The notes beneath the pieces are model-generated. The model had not been told where the DNA came from, searched no databases, and worked only from the letters and a program-made list of their open reading frames with translations. The position numbers were made by a program, and so were the translations under genes. DNA of 32,000 nt, taken from Candidatus Nanohalobium constans. GTDB taxonomy: Archaea > Nanohalarchaeota > Nanosalinia > Nanosalinales > Nanosalinaceae. The DNA is taken from NCBI RefSeq assembly GCF_009617975.1, contig NZ_CP040089.1:870001-902000 (forward strand). Direction: 5' to 3'. Within the stretch, counting starts at the first letter, position 1. Each line of letters opens with the position of its first letter. Positions 29,883 through 32,000 of the stretch are shown piece after piece.

Positions 29883-29950
29883 GGAATTCAAACATACAGC
29901 CAACCGAATGACTGTAACAAAAGAAAAGAAGACAAACCTTAAAAAGGGTG

Positions 29951-30229
29951 TTAGACCTGTTCCCACTTATCAGGAATACTCATCTTAACCCTGTCCTCAG
30001 GCCGTTTCTTGATAATATCTCCCTTAATCCTGATCTTTTCCTCACCAAGTTCAAAGACAAAAGTCGTGCCTTCCTTCTCCACCCATTTATCCTCAATCCT
30101 CAGCATGTCACGGGTCTCATCCAAGACCTCACCAGAAATACCTACCTTGTTGGAATCAGGATGTTCTTCTATCTCCACTCGGAGGCCAATCAGTTCGTGT
30201 CTGGGAAGATTTTCAGGTGTGCGCGGCAT
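29951..30229 (-). CDS. rnp1: RNase P protein component 1 (Rpp29/Pop4)
   Basis: 92 aa. HELIGLRVEIEEHPDSNKVGISGEVLDETRDMLRIE...KEGTTFVF matches the Rpp29 Sm-like barrel pattern (L.G..v.V..s.n....Gi.G.vvdET.n.l.i). Its position upstream of S17 is conserved in archaea. Confidence 0.8.
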   Translation of the reverse strand: MPRTPENLPRHELIGLRVEIEEHPDSNKVGISGEVLDETRDMLRIEDKWVEKEGTTFVFELGEEKIRIKGDIIKKRPEDRVKMSIPDKWEQV

Positions 30230-30242
30230 AGAAGTTTATGGG

Positions 30243-31229
30243 TCAGGAAAGTTTTTGGAAGTTCTTCTTGAGTTTTGATTTCAGTTCTTCCTCTTTCTCT
30301 TTGTATCTGTCCTCTTCCCAGTCTGAGGAATAGTTCGGAAATCCTGCCATATTCCACAGAGTAATAGCGTAAAGGTAGAGGTTTCTTCTTTCCTGGAACT
30401 CTTTATCTGTTTCAAGCTGTTTTTCTTGCCTGTATCCTTCGTACAGTTTCTTCTTTAGTTTTTCTTTCTGTTCTTCCGGCAGAAAATCCAGGTCGCCTTC
30501 AATGAGGTCGTATTCGGTTTTCACTAAGTCGTATTCATTGTGGCCTGCTCTGACATGGCTCCAGTCGATCAATGCATTTATTTTATCGTCCTTTATGAGC
30601 AAATTGTCTAGCCTGTTGTCCTGATGAAGTAGAACCGATTTCGGATTTTCAGGTAATTCATCCAGATTCTTCTTGGCTTCTTCAGTGTACAGCTCCGGTT
30701 TTTCATCCCATTTATCTTCTATTATGCTTTCTGTAGCATCTATCAATCCTTCTACCGACCAAGTCCATTTATCCGCTCCATCCAGCATTTCAAGGCCTTC
30801 TCCCCTATCAACTAGAACACCGTACTCGTCGAAACCTGTGTTTTCATGGAATCTAGCCAAGATTTCTCCATACTGGAATATTATGCCCTCTAATTCACTT
30901 TGCGAAAATTGTTGCTTATATTGGTCTGCAGACTCTCCTTCCAATTCTTCCATGACAAAGAAATCTTCGTGGTCTGAGCCTTCGGAGAAAGTTTCCAAAA
31001 CTACTTCAGGAGTATTTATCTCAGTTTTTTCGTGTAGATTCTTTAGGACTTCTGTTTCGGCACGAAACCTCTCACTTTCCATGCCCTCATGATTAGTGTG
31101 AATTTTGAGAATGTAAGTCTGAGCCTCAGAAGAGAGTTTGTAAATAGTGTTTAACCCCTCTCCAACTTCTTCCCAATCTAAGCCAGTCCCTAGTTCAGAT
31201 TCGATTTCATCTTTCAGATCTTGATTCAA
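30243..31229 (-). CDS. Aminoglycoside-phosphotransferase-like (APH/choline-kinase fold) kinase
   Basis: 328 aa. The kinase catalytic-loop motif LLHQDNRLDNLLI and the DW motif NALIDWSHVRAGHNEYDL are present. It starts at TTG (31227-31229) and overlaps the upstream GNAT gene by 23 nt. Its stop lies 13 nt from the rnp1 start. Confidence 0.7.
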   Translation of the reverse strand: MNQDLKDEIESELGTGLDWEEVGEGLNTIYKLSSEAQTYILKIHTNHEGMESERFRAETEVLKNLHEKTEINTPEVVLETFSEGSDHEDFFVMEELEGESADQYKQQFSQSELEGIIFQYGEILARFHENTGFDEYGVLVDRGEGLEMLDGADKWTWSVEGLIDATESIIEDKWDEKPELYTEEAKKNLDELPENPKSVLLHQDNRLDNLLIKDDKINALIDWSHVRAGHNEYDLVKTEYDLIEGDLDFLPEEQKEKLKKKLYEGYRQEKQLETDKEFQERRNLYLYAITLWNMAGFPNYSSDWEEDRYKEKEEELKSKLKKNFQKLS

Positions 31230-31758
31230 AATATTCCTCCTCCAATATACTCATCCAGATGACATCTTTCCATTTTCCATCCACATATTTGTAGTGGCGT
31301 TCACGACCTTCTTCCTGCAAACCAGCCTTCTCTTGTATTCTCCGGGAGGCTTCGTTTCCTTCGATATATCCTCCACGAAGTTTGTGTCGATTAAGTGTTT
31401 CAAAGGCGTATTTAACAACTAATTGTGTTGCTGTACTTCCTATTCCCTGACCATGGAAGTCCGGATGTATGCTTATGCCGAACTCGCTTTTCCTGTACGG
31501 TTTTTCCAGCCCTCCCAGTGAAATCTCTCCTGCTTTTTCTCCTTGATATTCTATCAGGAATTTTACAGTATCTTCGTCTTCCGAAGCTGCTTCGATAAAA
31601 TCTTCCTCCTGTTTCAAGTTTACAGGTCTAGGCGGCTTTCCAATAGTACTTCTAACATCCCTATGGTTAATCAACTCTCTGAGAAACTCTGCATCATCGT
31701 TCTCTATCGGCCTCAGAACCACATCATCCTTTTCCAAAAACTTAGACTTCATTGCCAT
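31207..31758 (-). CDS. GNAT-family N-acetyltransferase (RimJ/RimL-like)
   Basis: 183 aa. VVLRPIENDDAEFL....N...V.......P.......E.F... is followed by the acetyl-CoA motif HGQGIGSTATQLVVKYAFETLNRHKL...IEGNEASRRIQEKAGLQEEG. Confidence 0.8.
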   Translation of the reverse strand: MAMKSKFLEKDDVVLRPIENDDAEFLRELINHRDVRSTIGKPPRPVNLKQEEDFIEAASEDEDTVKFLIEYQGEKAGEISLGGLEKPYRKSEFGISIHPDFHGQGIGSTATQLVVKYAFETLNRHKLRGGYIEGNEASRRIQEKAGLQEEGRERHYKYVDGKWKDVIWMSILEEEYFESRSER

Positions 31759-32000
31759 TCACCTTGAAGAATACCCAGATAGACGACATCTTGATAACTG
31801 CCTTGTGCATATGTATGTTCTCTGAATTCGCCTTCCTTCTGGAATCCTAGTTTCTCCCAGATACCTATTGAGGGCTGGTTCTGTTTCTGAGCTCGGGCAT
31901 AGACCTTATGATAATTGAGCTGGTTGAACGCATGGTCTGTCAATAATTCCGCGGCTTCAGAGCCAAAACCATTGCCGTGGAACTCAGGATGAAGCCAGAT
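31749..32000 (-). CDS. Second GNAT-family N-acetyltransferase; C-terminal part only, continues beyond the window edge
   Basis: The reading frame stays open to position 32000 (IWLHPEFHGNGFGSEAAELLTDHAFNQLNYHKVYARAQKQNQPSIGIWEKLGFQKEGEFRE...). The TTG start in the ORF track is therefore probably internal. It is a tandem paralog of 31207-31758 with a 10-nt overlap. Confidence 0.7.
   Translation of the reverse strand: MWLHPEFHGNGFGSEAAELLTDHAFNQLNYHKVYARAQKQNQPSIGIWEKLGFQKEGEFREHTYAQGSYQDVVYLGILQGEWQ

Noticed and set aside
29170-29942. Plus-strand ORFs of 190 aa (29170-29742) and 153 aa (29481-29942) spanning rpl14, rps17 and the structured spacer
   Set aside because: They are antisense to two certain r-protein genes and their translations are low-complexity. 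The part crossing 29748-29942 has no coding signature, so I treat that spacer as RNA or regulatory instead.
29748-29950. A hidden rpl29 or other small r-protein gene in the rnp1-rps17 gap
   Set aside because: Manual minus-strand translation gives only a 34-aa ORF (MFEFLLKVAFRGETADRDSTLLAKSLVPVLESDF) with no similarity to uL29 or SUI1 patterns and no SD.

Overview
The window is archaeal and almost entirely coded on the minus strand. By eye it has moderately low GC and a very acidic (D/E-rich) predicted proteome. Archaea-specific markers are present: r-proteins L19e, L32e and S4e, RNA polymerase subunit D, RNase P protein Rpp29, Cbf5, and intron-containing tRNAs. Conserved gene strings are trimmed: no adk or cmk between secY and cbf5, and no L18e-L13-S9-RpoN-RpoK after rpoD. 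Together this suggests a halophilic, genome-reduced archaeon, plausibly DPANN/Nanohaloarchaeota; that placement is inference only. Layout: (1) 41-3088, a large secreted acidic S-layer-like protein. (2) 3173-3792, a gene-free, repeat-rich spacer. (3) 3793-6448, a compact toxin-antitoxin island with a frameshifted DUF433 remnant, a DUF6516/TumE-like + HTH pair, an RHH + RelE pair and a wHTH + MazF/PemK-like pair, ending at tRNA-Leu(TAA). (4) 6483-7666, orphan acidic proteins. (5) 7715-9860, S13-S4-S11-RpoD. (6) 9956-12453, a parvulin, small membrane proteins, tRNA-Gln(TTG) with two introns and an HNH endonuclease. (7) 12511-16596, TetR divergent from a translationally coupled three-gene operon: an RND/MMPL exporter split into two halves plus a CARDB-like surface protein. 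(8) 16655-19768, tRNA-Gln(CTG) with one intron, a tail-anchored coiled-coil protein, a CPA2 antiporter + CBS protein, and tRNA-Ser(GGA). (9) 19848-30229, Cbf5, a DUF106/YidC-like insertase, SecY and the r-protein string L15-L30-S5-L18-L19e-L32e-L6-S8-S14-L5-S4e-L24-L14-S17-Rpp29. (10) 30243-32000, an APH-like kinase and two GNAT acetyltransferases abutting that string. No CRISPR array, rRNA, transposase or integrase was seen. The candidates I rate highest are the repeat-rich spacer at 3173-3792, the TA island, the TetR / split-RND / CARDB operon, the two-intron tRNA-Gln next to the HNH gene, and the structured 203-nt spacer inside the r-protein operon (29748-29950). All family assignments come from reading the translations and from memory of those families, not from any search.
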